A stretch of DNA of 48,591 nt from a virus: UHGV virus genome UHGV-0185643. One strand, written 5' to 3'. Positions 29,050-37,862 of this stretch are shown here, in pieces (position 1 is the stretch's first letter; every line of letters starts with the position of its first letter). A program made the translations under genes and the position numbers. The notes under the pieces are model-generated. The model was not told the DNA's origin, searched no databases, and saw only the letters and a program-made list of their open reading frames with translations.

Positions 29050-29157
29050 AGTTATTACCCAAAATGAGTGGCGACATACCACAACCTGTATATCGATGTA
29101 ATACTCGTTGCCCTGTTCAAACTGCTCATGCTGGGGTTTAAGGATGCCCACGCTTTC

Positions 29158-29376
29158 CTACGCAGTATCGCCGTCAGCCGGTGAGGCAGCTTCAACCACA
29201 ACCACGTGTGACATCTGGCTTTGCGCAGTTTTTTGCGCAGCTGGCTTTTTGATATAGCGCCGCGCAGATGTGTAATTCAGTCCCTGCTCTTCGCACCAAT
29301 CTTTCGGGGAAATACCTGATTTGGCATGGTCGGACAGGAACCGTTGCTGAAGCTCGCCCCAGTCCGGTTTTGCCAT
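29158..29376 (-). CDS. Small putative DNA-binding (HTH) protein
   Basis: MAKPDWGELQQRFLSDHAKSGISPKDWCEEQGLNYTSARRYIKK looks like a helix-turn-helix. Confidence 0.4.
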   Translation of the reverse strand: MAKPDWGELQQRFLSDHAKSGISPKDWCEEQGLNYTSARRYIKKPAAQKTAQSQMSHVVVVEAASPADGDTA

Positions 29377-29466
29377 GATTATTCACCAAGTGATCAATAT
29401 CTATTATCGTAAGGAGGAATAACGTGTATTTTACAAAGTTTGTATTTTTATGCTCAGAGCGTAACC

Positions 29467-29730
29467 ATGATCATCGAAGAAGCTAGAGGCTTTTTATTTC
29501 AACAAGGTATGCTGGAAGAATGTGTTAAACATCCTATTTATATAATTAACGGAAGTACGGATAAGCAGGATGACCCAGTGGTTTTATCTGAATATCTAAT
29601 CATGATAAATAGCAACGGGGACACCATTGCTGGGCGTTCACCAAATAGTCAATGGAGCATGTACCCCATCGCTATTAAAGACACGCACCCTAATATAACA
29701 AGTCATCTGCACGCTATAACTATCCCATAA
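29467..29730 (+). CDS. Hypothetical protein (87 aa), AT-rich, convergent with Rz
   Basis: ORF from an internal ATG; weak RBS. Confidence 0.3.
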   Translation: MIIEEARGFLFQQGMLEECVKHPIYIINGSTDKQDDPVVLSEYLIMINSNGDTIAGRSPNSQWSMYPIAIKDTHPNITSHLHAITIP

Positions 29731-29732
29731 TT

Positions 29733-30293
29733 TTATTGGGCGGCATTCGCGTTGACTTGTCTCAGCATTTCAATTTCCCGGATGCCCGCTAGCTGGTTAT
29801 TCGCCTTCTCAATGGTAGCCAGCAGCGGATTAATCCATAGAACAGCCTGACAGTACGTTATTGAGCTGGCGGCAGCGGTGCTATCACCGGCTGCGTCAGC
29901 GTTCCCGGTATCGGGTTGCATTGCGCTGGCACGTAAACGGTACGCGTATTTGAGCAGCCCACCAGCAACATCAGCAGGCACAGGCAGATCACAGTTTTTT
30001 TCACGTCGTAGAATCTCCCGGTATTTGATGACTGTTCTCTCTGTGCCGGCATCTATCAGCGAATTCATGCGGCTGGCGTTCTCTGCTACTTGGTTAAACC
30101 GGTTGAAGTTGAAAGCCTGTGTAGTTATTACCGTCGCCTGTAATGCGTTATCGCTGCGCAGTACCCGGTTGTCATTCTCGAACGCGGTCAGCGCCGCATT
30201 GCTGCGTACCAGCAGAACACAGAGCACCGCAATGATGGTTACGACGACCACCAGCAGAATCGCGACAATCGTAATTTTGCTGGTTTTCATCAA
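29733..30293 (-). CDS. i-spanin (Rz-like)
   Basis: N-terminal TM helix [23 protein letters not shown]; start overlaps the endolysin stop; contains an embedded lipoprotein ORF in another frame. Confidence 0.6.
   Translation of the reverse strand: MMKTSKITIVAILLVVVVTIIAVLCVLLVRSNAALTAFENDNRVLRSDNALQATVITTQAFNFNRFNQVAENASRMNSLIDAGTERTVIKYREILRREKNCDLPVPADVAGGLLKYAYRLRASAMQPDTGNADAAGDSTAAASSITYCQAVLWINPLLATIEKANNQLAGIREIEMLRQVNANAAQ
29858..30004 (-). CDS. o-spanin (Rz1-like lipoprotein) embedded in the Rz gene, GTG start
   Basis: In-frame GTG gives [19 protein letters not shown], a lipoprotein signal peptide with lipobox LVGC; Pro-rich mature part. Confidence 0.6.
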   Translation of the reverse strand: MKKTVICLCLLMLLVGCSNTRTVYVPAQCNPIPGTLTQPVIAPLPPAQ

Positions 30294-30862
30294 AATACCC
30301 CCGGAACTGATACCGGAATGCCTGGGTTAAGCGGCCCGAGCCCATCACCAAGAACCTGCGGTTTTTCTGCCCACAGGCAAACTTCACGCTCAATCTCACG
30401 CCGGGTGATTAAACCCTTCCACTGTTTGCCACCGGCATATGTCCAGCGCCGTAATTGTTCGCAAGCCCCTTTTGTGTCGCCCAGGTTGATTTTGCGTAGC
30501 AGCGTGGAGGTTTTGAAGTTGCCAGCACCGACGTTGTACGCGAATGAGTAAAGTGCACCCCGCATTGTTGCCGGGATCGGAACCTTGATGTAGGGGTCAA
30601 TCTGACGTGCGATGGTATTCAGATCTTTTGTGAGCAGAATGGCACACTCTGTCTCGGTGTACGTCTTCCCGATTTTGACGTCGCTGCCAGTGTGCCCGTA
30701 GCATACCGTCCAAACCCCAACTACATCCCGATAAGGCTGATAGCGCACACCTTCAAGGCCATCATTACCCGTTGGACCAATAATCAACGCCGCTGCGATA
30801 GCAATAGCGCCAGCGGGTATAGCTGCAATAACGCTATTCTTCAGCTTTGGTGGCATAGCCAT
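30290..30862 (-). CDS. SAR endolysin (GH24, phage-21 R-like lysozyme)
   Basis: N-terminal Gly/Ala-rich weakly hydrophobic SAR helix [20 protein letters not shown] followed by [18 protein letters not shown] with E-8aa-D-5aa-T catalytic spacing. Confidence 0.8.
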   Translation of the reverse strand: MAMPPKLKNSVIAAIPAGAIAIAAALIIGPTGNDGLEGVRYQPYRDVVGVWTVCYGHTGSDVKIGKTYTETECAILLTKDLNTIARQIDPYIKVPIPATMRGALYSFAYNVGAGNFKTSTLLRKINLGDTKGACEQLRRWTYAGGKQWKGLITRREIEREVCLWAEKPQVLGDGLGPLNPGIPVSVPGVF

Positions 30863-31112
30863 TGCGCCGATCCTCCCGTTCTTTCCAGCGGAAATACCAG
30901 TTCACTGCACAGGTAATAACTGTGCATGCGATACCGACAATAATTGCCCAGTCGCTCAGGCTTAACCCTGCAATTCTGTCGGCCAACATCCAGGACACCT
31001 CTTTTGCTGTTTTAGCTGTTTCGGCATATGCCTTCGCTGATACACCGCAGCCGGTCAGCGTGGTTCCTGTTCCATATGAAAGTCTGCTGTAAATGGTGCT
31101 CATTCTGGTCAT
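30834..31112 (-). CDS. Pinholin-like holin (S21-like) with dual-start motif MTRM
   Basis: GGAGGTGA SD 7 nt upstream of ATG at 31112; two in-frame Mets (M1, M4) separated by a basic residue; two TMDs; C-terminal basic tail resembling S21. Confidence 0.7.
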   Translation of the reverse strand: MTRMSTIYSRLSYGTGTTLTGCGVSAKAYAETAKTAKEVSWMLADRIAGLSLSDWAIIVGIACTVITCAVNWYFRWKEREDRRNGYATKAEE

Positions 31113-31220
31113 AGCCTCACCTCCGATTTTTCGGATGGCGCTGTGTGTGATGAAAGGGTCAGGCTTCACGGGCTGGATTTATCAACAAAGCACGTAGTAA
31201 TTGATTCCCGTGAGCCTGAA

Positions 31221-31248
31221 ATGAAAAAGGCCGCCATTTGGCAGCCTC
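31221..31248 (-). terminator. Terminator-like hairpin between the Q-junction lipoprotein gene and the lysis genes (tR'-like candidate)
   Basis: Imperfect stem followed on the minus strand by a U5 run. Confidence 0.4.
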
Positions 31249-31492
31249 GAAAAAAAATAAGATTGTTTAAATCGACATATTAAGTGGATTACCAAAAACC
31301 TCTGACATAGCGATAAGACAAATGATGTCGCTATAAGTAACATGTCATATACCAACGACTGATTTTCCTTTCAGCCTCCTAACAGAGGTATCCGTGCAAT
31401 GCGCTATCTGAATAGCTCATCACGTACGATACAGCAACATTCTTCTGTATTAAAATCTATGAAATGAGCAACTGATAATAGTGGTTCAAATA

Positions 31493-31738
31493 CTATCGGC
31501 ATGAAGCGCTGGTACTGCATTGTAGTGTATCAGTAGGCACCCATTTACCATTGCTACATACGAATTTCTTCACTCCAGGAAAACCACCTGAAGTTGCACA
31601 CGTATAGCATTTCTCTTGCCCATTTACACATGCAGATTGTATTTGGTTGGGTGATTTATCAATTGTGGAAGAGTTTGTGCTGCATGCTGATAGAAAAAAC
31701 GCTGATAAAACAGTGGAGTAAAAAATTATCTTATGCAT
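31493..31738 (-). CDS. Cysteine-rich small lipoprotein (81 aa, lipobox LSAC) moron at the Q-lysis junction
   Basis: Signal peptide MHKIIFYSTVLSAFFLSAC; six further Cys; embedded in a strongly AT-rich segment. Confidence 0.6.
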   Translation of the reverse strand: MHKIIFYSTVLSAFFLSACSTNSSTIDKSPNQIQSACVNGQEKCYTCATSGGFPGVKKFVCSNGKWVPTDTLQCSTSASCR

Positions 31739-31943
31739 TTTTTATACCTTCATAAGATTATTAATATTATATATTTATCATTATAGGCGCCTTTAAAAAT
31801 CCTTCCAACCGACATTCAGAATGCTTTTTCTTACTCTCCAGAAACGCAAAAACCCAAGGCGTCAACCTCAGGCTTGAAAACTCATTTACTGCCAGTGCAT
31901 ACAACAATGGCACAATATCAGATTTACACGAAATATATCCATT

Positions 31944-32633
31944 TCAGTTCGGTTTTGCAAGACTTACATCCAAATTTGTCGCCTTTTGTTGTGAACGTGA
32001 TCGCGAAACAGAAAGGAGCGCCTGATTATCAAGGTGCACGAATTCTTGTTTCATCGCCAGCCAGTGCGGGAGGTAGGTTTCAGTCCAAGTTGGCTTTGAT
32101 ACCCCTACCAGTTGCGCCAGCTGCTGGTACTCGTATGTGCTGCGCCCTGCTAGTTCTGCTTTCACATCCTGAGCAGCAAGCCAAATTAACGCCTTCAACC
32201 GTTCGATGGTTTTACCAGCTATCTTTCGAGACCCCATCTGCGACTTGAATTCAGCCCACGCCCACTGAGTAATCAACACCTGACTCTCCCAGCTTACGTT
32301 CTCGCTGTAGTTCCACAGTAGCCAGGCCTTCTGGGGTTCTTCAAGTGACATCAGCGCCCGGCGCCACGATGCGGTGTAGAATTCTACCGGCTGCACCAGG
32401 GGAATATGTGAACCCTTGGCATGCGACTGTTTGCCCGGTATTGGTGGGTTATCCAGCGTAATCATTTTCCCGGTCACTTCATCATACACACGGAGCTTCT
32501 TACGTTTAAACGTTCCCGTATCAAACTGGGCGTTCTCAAGCCACGCCATCAACTGCCCTTTCGTCGCACCACTTAAATCGGCGGTGGCCACCATCAGCTG
32601 CTGGCGCACGTATTCGAGAAATTGAGTGTTCAT
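31944..32633 (-). CDS. Putative late-gene antiterminator (Q-like by position)
   Basis: 229 aa ORF between the nin genes and the lysis cassette; no Zn-finger cysteines, so family assignment is uncertain. Confidence 0.45.
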   Translation of the reverse strand: MNTQFLEYVRQQLMVATADLSGATKGQLMAWLENAQFDTGTFKRKKLRVYDEVTGKMITLDNPPIPGKQSHAKGSHIPLVQPVEFYTASWRRALMSLEEPQKAWLLWNYSENVSWESQVLITQWAWAEFKSQMGSRKIAGKTIERLKALIWLAAQDVKAELAGRSTYEYQQLAQLVGVSKPTWTETYLPHWLAMKQEFVHLDNQALLSVSRSRSQQKATNLDVSLAKPN

Positions 32634-32763
32634 ACAGTACCGCCTATGGTTTTAATGTAGTTCTTCAGTATTCGGTAGTCCGTCAGCACAGAGCCGGGGA
32701 AATGGTATAAGCGCAATCGCTGCCAGCGAACGCGGAGGTGATCGGCAAGGTAGGTTTCGAATG

Positions 32764-33405
32764 TCACACTGCCTCCTGTTTTCTTGGGCCGACATACTCG
32801 CCATATAAAGGCGCTCTACCTCGTGCCTTCGTGTGCCGATGAGTTACCTTTGGTGAAAACAATGCATCTTCCACACTCATTCCTTGCTTCAGGCGTAGCT
32901 TGATTGTGTTACCAGCTACAGAAACCCTAGGGTCCCTTGACCATTCGGTAGCTGTTTTTGTTTCTCCAGAGAACGTAATTCCGGTTCGCCCTTTTTTGGT
33001 ATGTTCTGGAATGTGAACCCGAGATCGCATGACATTGCATGCACGACAAAGAACCCTCAGATTTGACTCGTCATTGTTGTCCACAACCTCATCAATGTGA
33101 TCGATATGCACCGTCTTCCATGTGACAGTCTTTCCGCATTTCTCACACGGAGGTAGCGCCTCGCCATGTCGGTCATAGATAACCTTCCGATGCTCATAAA
33201 CGAACCCATTCGCCATTACCAACGGATGATCTGGCATCTTGAGCATCTGGTAACCCTTACCATTCCTCTGTCTGGTCTTTCCCTTTCCAACTTTTGTAAG
33301 TTCGTAGGTTCCGTAGCGCATCATCCTGAAGTAATGCATTTGACAGATGCCCTTTCCCGGGTAGTGCTTGCATTCACGATCACAACCTTCAACTTTGCAT
33401 TTCAT
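32764..33405 (-). CDS. HNH endonuclease
   Basis: N-terminal Cys/His cluster (CKVEGCDRECKH...CQMH) and HNH motif VHIDHIDEVVDNNDESNLRVLCRACN. Confidence 0.75.
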   Translation of the reverse strand: MKCKVEGCDRECKHYPGKGICQMHYFRMMRYGTYELTKVGKGKTRQRNGKGYQMLKMPDHPLVMANGFVYEHRKVIYDRHGEALPPCEKCGKTVTWKTVHIDHIDEVVDNNDESNLRVLCRACNVMRSRVHIPEHTKKGRTGITFSGETKTATEWSRDPRVSVAGNTIKLRLKQGMSVEDALFSPKVTHRHTKARGRAPLYGEYVGPRKQEAV

Positions 33406-33416
33406 GCAGCACTCTC

Positions 33417-34049
33417 CTAGGCTTTTTGACGACGCTTACTCAGCGCATTCGCTCTGCGGGAAAAAATTGACTTCATTCTCTTCAGGTAGTGGATGTCGAA
33501 CCGGCGCGGCTCGTTGTCGGATTCAAGGCGCTCGACACGTTCCAGGCCAATGCGTTCAATCAGGCGAATGCGATACTCAACGGTATTTCCGCTTAATTGG
33601 CGGTTGCACCGTGTACAGGCTGAATGAACGTTAAAGACGTTGAATTTGAGATGTGACGCAGCACCGCGCGAACGGTAATGACTGGCATCGATGGCACTAC
33701 CAGTCAGATAGTTGCTTTTGCCAATGAGCGGATTGCCGCAACTGACACGGTCTTTCCCCTCATCACGAATCCTGATGTACCGATTGAAAGCGGACTGAGC
33801 CTCTTTATCCCACTGGGATTTAGTCTTCAATGACTCGCGCACCCTCTGGCGACGTTGGCGTTCTTTTTTCTCGGCTGCGCGCTTTTTGGCAGACTCCTTG
33901 CGTTGTGCCGCCTCCCTGACCTTTCTGGTCTGCTCTTTTCCAACCGCGCTAGCGCACTCATAACCGCAGACAGTCTGCGTATCGCGAACAGGATGGAACC
34001 ACTGGCGGCATTCTTTGTTGGCGCACTTCCGGCGCGGTAACTTAGCCAT
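33417..34049 (-). CDS. ninG: NinG / Rap-like recombination protein
   Basis: MAKLPRRKCANKECRQWFHP... and downstream Cys/His motifs match lambda NinG by eye. Confidence 0.75.
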   Translation of the reverse strand: MAKLPRRKCANKECRQWFHPVRDTQTVCGYECASAVGKEQTRKVREAAQRKESAKKRAAEKKERQRRQRVRESLKTKSQWDKEAQSAFNRYIRIRDEGKDRVSCGNPLIGKSNYLTGSAIDASHYRSRGAASHLKFNVFNVHSACTRCNRQLSGNTVEYRIRLIERIGLERVERLESDNEPRRFDIHYLKRMKSIFSRRANALSKRRQKA

Positions 34050-34051
34050 AA

Positions 34052-34258
34052 TCACCCCCAGACCTTTTGCCGAAAGGTTCTTGGTGTACGCGCCGGATGC
34101 TCGCATTCAGGTAATTTTGCGCTAACAGTCCAGGTGATATTGTCGCGATTCAGGCTGCGTTCTACCGTGGCGCCGCGGCGTCGGTAACAGGCAATAAGTT
34201 CGTCGGCCTGCTCGGTTGTGCATTCGTGATGGTGGAACCAGGAAAATTTCATCGCCAT
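34052..34258 (-). CDS. Hypothetical nin-region protein (68 aa)
   Basis: ATGA-coupled to the upstream gene. Confidence 0.4.
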   Translation of the reverse strand: MAMKFSWFHHHECTTEQADELIACYRRRGATVERSLNRDNITWTVSAKLPECEHPARTPRTFRQKVWG

Positions 34259-34860
34259 CACCCCGCAAAACTCATAAGCTGCGCAGCGGCGTTTTCCGCT
34301 TCTCGCTGAGTCTTGAATGCCCGGGACAATACCCAGCGCCACAGAACATCGAGCGCGGCTTTGTAAAGTTGCTGGAACTCGGTTTCGTCCATGTTGGCGA
34401 AAGCTATGCTGCGGGGGTGTTTACGAAGAGTTCCGTCAGGTAGTTGAATTGCGTCGTAGTGGCCGGCCTCGACAATTACCCAGGCACGGTACGCGTCAAA
34501 GGATTTACACAGGCTGATCCCATTGGTAACTCGGCGACTGGCTACCTGCTCCAGATACTGCTCGGCAGCATCCAGCAGTGCGCCTTCGTTTCCACCAAAT
34601 GCCGCGAGGAATTTAGCATAACCATTTACGAGCTTACGCTCATTGCTGGATATCGCCCCTCCAGTAGGTTCCCAGTATTCAAACCCGAGATTCAGGAGCG
34701 CAAAAAAACGGCGATGGAATGCGGGATTCCTCACCTGGCGAAATTCGGCTACCAGCACGGCACCGAGTTTGATTTTTGATTGCAGAATATCGCTGGTCTC
34801 CGGCGTCGCGGGGATCAGGATTCCTGATGACTGCTTGATGAGTTGTAGTTCGTGCGCCAT
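34258..34860 (-). CDS. Nin-region protein of unknown function (200 aa)
   Basis: ORF in the nin region; family not assignable by eye. Confidence 0.5.
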   Translation of the reverse strand: MAHELQLIKQSSGILIPATPETSDILQSKIKLGAVLVAEFRQVRNPAFHRRFFALLNLGFEYWEPTGGAISSNERKLVNGYAKFLAAFGGNEGALLDAAEQYLEQVASRRVTNGISLCKSFDAYRAWVIVEAGHYDAIQLPDGTLRKHPRSIAFANMDETEFQQLYKAALDVLWRWVLSRAFKTQREAENAAAQLMSFAG

Positions 34861-34942
34861 GGTATTCCCCGTGGCGCATAATTGTCAGGTTACTGGTTGT
34901 TCAGGCCAGTGACAGAATTATGATTGGGTACGTAGCATTAAG

Positions 34943-35164
34943 TCAATTTTTAGAAGTCATCTCCCTTACAACTTCCATGATGGTTTCTTTGGACCAGTAC
35001 AATTCATCTCTGGATAATTTTCTGTTAGTTACAGAACCGGCCTTGGCTGAAAGGATGTAGCGTTCATCCGCTGCAAGTCCGAAAGACAAAAGCTCCCGAC
35101 CTTTCCCATCGGTTATGATCACCCGTAAATTATCAGCAAGATCTGATTGGGCTATATCTGCCAC
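34943..35164 (-). CDS. Hypothetical protein (73 aa)
   Basis: ORF only. Confidence 0.35.
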   Translation of the reverse strand: MADIAQSDLADNLRVIITDGKGRELLSFGLAADERYILSAKAGSVTNRKLSRDELYWSKETIMEVVREMTSKN

Positions 35165-35273
35165 TTAATCCCCCTGAGCGACATACAGACGCGATTAAAG
35201 AATGTCGGCAGCAGCATCAAAGGGATACACATTTTGGTATTCTGATAAATGCGCGCCAGCCTTAAGCGCAATT

Positions 35274-35507
35274 CTAATAAAACCAGTCGTCAGCGCTTTC
35301 CCAGGTATCCTGGAGGATTGATTCAATTTTCTTTTTATCGTCCTTGTCACCGCCAAAAACACTTAACCCATCCGACCCGGCACGGCGGATTGTGAGCCTG
35401 CAATTGTCATAGTGATCATTCAGGCGCTTAAGCAATTCTTTCTCCAGTGCAGGAACCGCGCCTTTAGGAAGTTCTTTCATACGATCAATGGTTAATTCAA
35501 CTTTCAT
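35274..35507 (-). CDS. DinI-family protein (second paralogue)
   Basis: MKVELTIDR...KKKIESILQDTWESADDWFY closely resembles the DinI C-terminus; perfect LexA box upstream. Confidence 0.75.
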   Translation of the reverse strand: MKVELTIDRMKELPKGAVPALEKELLKRLNDHYDNCRLTIRRAGSDGLSVFGGDKDDKKKIESILQDTWESADDWFY

Positions 35508-35525
35508 AATGGCCTCCAATGCATA

Positions 35526-35545
35526 TACTGTGTTTTTATACAGTA
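35526..35545. promoter_or_regulatory. LexA (SOS) box TACTGTGTTTTTATACAGTA upstream of the DinI-like gene
   Basis: Perfect CTGT-N8-ACAG palindrome with TA flanks, 19 bp upstream of the start codon. Confidence 0.7.
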
Positions 35546-35814
35546 TACCTATGAGAGGAAATGATCAACGTTTTAAGAGCACAAATTGTTAATTTCCTGT
35601 CAGGAATAAAAAAAGAAAACCCGCCGTAGCGGGTTGAATTCGTGATGGTTTATAAAGATGTAATTTCTTTCTACTGACAAATCTATGGCTACCCATTTAC
35701 CCTCAAACGTGAATACAGCATACGCGCCGACATACTGATTATCTCTTTGTGGATCGGGATATGATCAACCTTCTGCCAGAACGTAAAACTTGATGCCGCT
35801 GACAAATAAACAGC

Positions 35815-36075
35815 TCATTGTTTCTTCTCGTTCTGGGCTGCCATATCCAGATAGCGCGGGTCGGATGCTCTCGGTAATGTCAGACTTTGCTCGCGATAGT
35901 AGCGCACACGCTCCATGAAGTATTCGCGGAGATGCTCTGGCTGATCACGGGCTTCCTGTTCAGCGATAACCGGCATGTTCAGGCGCTCTTTGTCCGCTAC
36001 TCCGGATGCTGCAAAGTCAACGTTAACCTTGTCCTGCTCTTCTTTCGGCTTGGCTGCAATGTTATGGTTGGACAT
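35815..36075 (-). CDS. Hypothetical protein (86 aa)
   Basis: ORF only. Confidence 0.4.
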   Translation of the reverse strand: MSNHNIAAKPKEEQDKVNVDFAASGVADKERLNMPVIAEQEARDQPEHLREYFMERVRYYREQSLTLPRASDPRYLDMAAQNEKKQ

Positions 36076-36165
36076 GGTAATCTCACCGGTTAGCTGAGGG
36101 AACGATTCTCCTCAACTTGATCATTCAATCTGATTTGTAATCTTCCGAAATTTGAAATAACATCT

Positions 36166-36570
36166 TTACTTTAATTTATATATTAAACAATCCACAATAT
36201 CCAAACCATTAACCATACTATTTGAAAGTCGAACTTTGCTATTTTCAATAGAGAATGCTCCTTTCATCATTTTATAAATAAAAGCAGACTCTCCTTTAGC
36301 TTCGATTGCTTCAAGTGGTATGGAATGGTATTTATTTGATCTATTATCTCTATTGATTTGACTTATAAGGCTATAAACGAATGTAGGCCCTTTCTCCTCA
36401 AGATCACTTATTACCAAAATATATTTCCAAGAAAACATTTCCCCATAAAAAAACCACATGGCAGCGGATAAAGCTACTCCTTTCTTCTCTAACTCTTTCA
36501 TTAGAAATTGGCCAGAATTTTCCATAGAGGTCGTCATTGAGTGACCTATTACCAGTGACTTCTTACCCAT
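36166..36570 (-). CDS. Hypothetical protein (134 aa), downstream partner of the HEPN-like gene in an AT-rich cassette
   Basis: ORF overlapping the upstream gene by 22 nt; strongly AT-rich; no recognised motif. Confidence 0.45.
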   Translation of the reverse strand: MGKKSLVIGHSMTTSMENSGQFLMKELEKKGVALSAAMWFFYGEMFSWKYILVISDLEEKGPTFVYSLISQINRDNRSNKYHSIPLEAIEAKGESAFIYKMMKGAFSIENSKVRLSNSMVNGLDIVDCLIYKLK

Positions 36571-36971
36571 TGCAAAACTCCAGATTGATTATTCTCAGCT
36601 GCTTCGATGAGCTGCTCCGCCATAGCCCGACTGATAGTAGTTTCGTAGCGGAGTTGTTCACTCCAATCCTTCATAACAGTCCAAAATATTTCAAACTGCC
36701 CATCCTGGGCAGCTAATTGTCTATGTGATAGTTGTAGGCTCGCCACCTGCATGAGCTTTGTTAGATCATGAACATGTGAGTCCATGGCTAACTTCTTGTC
36801 AGGAAATTGAAATGCCGTCACATTTTTTGCTATACATGCTTTAAGAGCGCACTCAACTGCGTATCCGCAGAGGTAGTATGCACCATGATATAATCCATTC
36901 TGTAACAGACATTTTGCTTCCGTTAACCTTATACCAGTTAAAACTTCTAGGTCAGATTTATTCATTTGCAA
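36549..36971 (-). CDS. HEPN-like alpha-helical protein (140 aa)
   Basis: N-terminal helix pattern AKCLLQNGLYHGAYYLCGYAVECALKACIAK resembles the HEPN signature; downstream SHVH; AT-rich. Confidence 0.5.
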   Translation of the reverse strand: MQMNKSDLEVLTGIRLTEAKCLLQNGLYHGAYYLCGYAVECALKACIAKNVTAFQFPDKKLAMDSHVHDLTKLMQVASLQLSHRQLAAQDGQFEIFWTVMKDWSEQLRYETTISRAMAEQLIEAAENNQSGVLQWVRSHW

Positions 36972-37083
36972 ATATTCTAATTTTCTTTCATAGGCACATG
37001 GTACTCATTGAGTGTAATTCTTTCCAACAAATTATCAGATATATACGATAAAAGGTCGCTTGATCAATTTTCGGAGCTAGGAG

Positions 37084-37536
37084 CTAAATGATGTGAAGGC
37101 GCGGCTCCCCGTTTTTCGGCTCAGGCCACTGACGCTGCTTATTCACCGCCAACTTTTCTACCATCGCCTGGTTAATCTGCTCGTCACTGATACCGGCACG
37201 ACGTTGCGCATCCCATAACAGGAATTGCATGTCAGCCCATTCGCTAAGGTCGCCTGGTTCAGCAGCAGCCTCGAGTGCTTCTTTGGAAAGGTGCTTCAGC
37301 GGACCAACTGGACCGACATCGCCGAAAGTAGCCAGTGACCACGCTGCATGTTCACGGCGTACTTGTTCGCGGGCCATCGACTCCAGAACCCCATTAAACA
37401 CCTTCACAGCATCAGCCATTGCGTAGCCGAGATTGCCGCCGTCGCTTTGTGCTGCTGCTTTGCTGAGTATTTCTCTTATCTGGTGCAGGCGATTGAGTGA
37501 TACAGGACCGTTCGCCGGGTGGTTGTTAGTGGTCAT
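37084..37536 (-). CDS. DUF550/MazG-like nucleotide pyrophosphohydrolase-domain protein (putative)
   Basis: Start trimmed to the internal Met MTTNNHP (ATGA-coupled to the upstream gene); family assigned from recall, unverified. Confidence 0.4.
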   Translation of the reverse strand: MTTNNHPANGPVSLNRLHQIREILSKAAAQSDGGNLGYAMADAVKVFNGVLESMAREQVRREHAAWSLATFGDVGPVGPLKHLSKEALEAAAEPGDLSEWADMQFLLWDAQRRAGISDEQINQAMVEKLAVNKQRQWPEPKNGEPRLHII

Positions 37537-37844
37537 ACTGATGCTCTCCCGTAAAATGCCAGAACCCGCTTCATCGCCGGACTTGTACGGCATACTGAAG
37601 TAACCATGTTTTTTCTCATGTTCGATTTGATCTGCTTGATATTCAGTTCCCCGCCTAGTTGCAGCGAATAGACCGGGTGATGTGGCTCCCCAGCGCGAAT
37701 AACTACTGCCCTACGTACCAGGTGAAGCAGCAGGTTGTGTGCTTTCTTGCAGTCGCATCCCAGCAGGTTCTGAACCTGACGCGGGGTTATGGTCTGGTTA
37801 ACCCGAAGGAAATCGACAATTGCCCACAGTGATTTGCTTGCCAT
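37533..37844 (-). CDS. Hypothetical protein (103 aa)
   Basis: ORF between the DnaC-like and DUF550-like genes. Confidence 0.4.
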   Translation of the reverse strand: MASKSLWAIVDFLRVNQTITPRQVQNLLGCDCKKAHNLLLHLVRRAVVIRAGEPHHPVYSLQLGGELNIKQIKSNMRKNMVTSVCRTSPAMKRVLAFYGRASV

Positions 37845-37862
37845 AGTGATTTTCCCTCGCGG

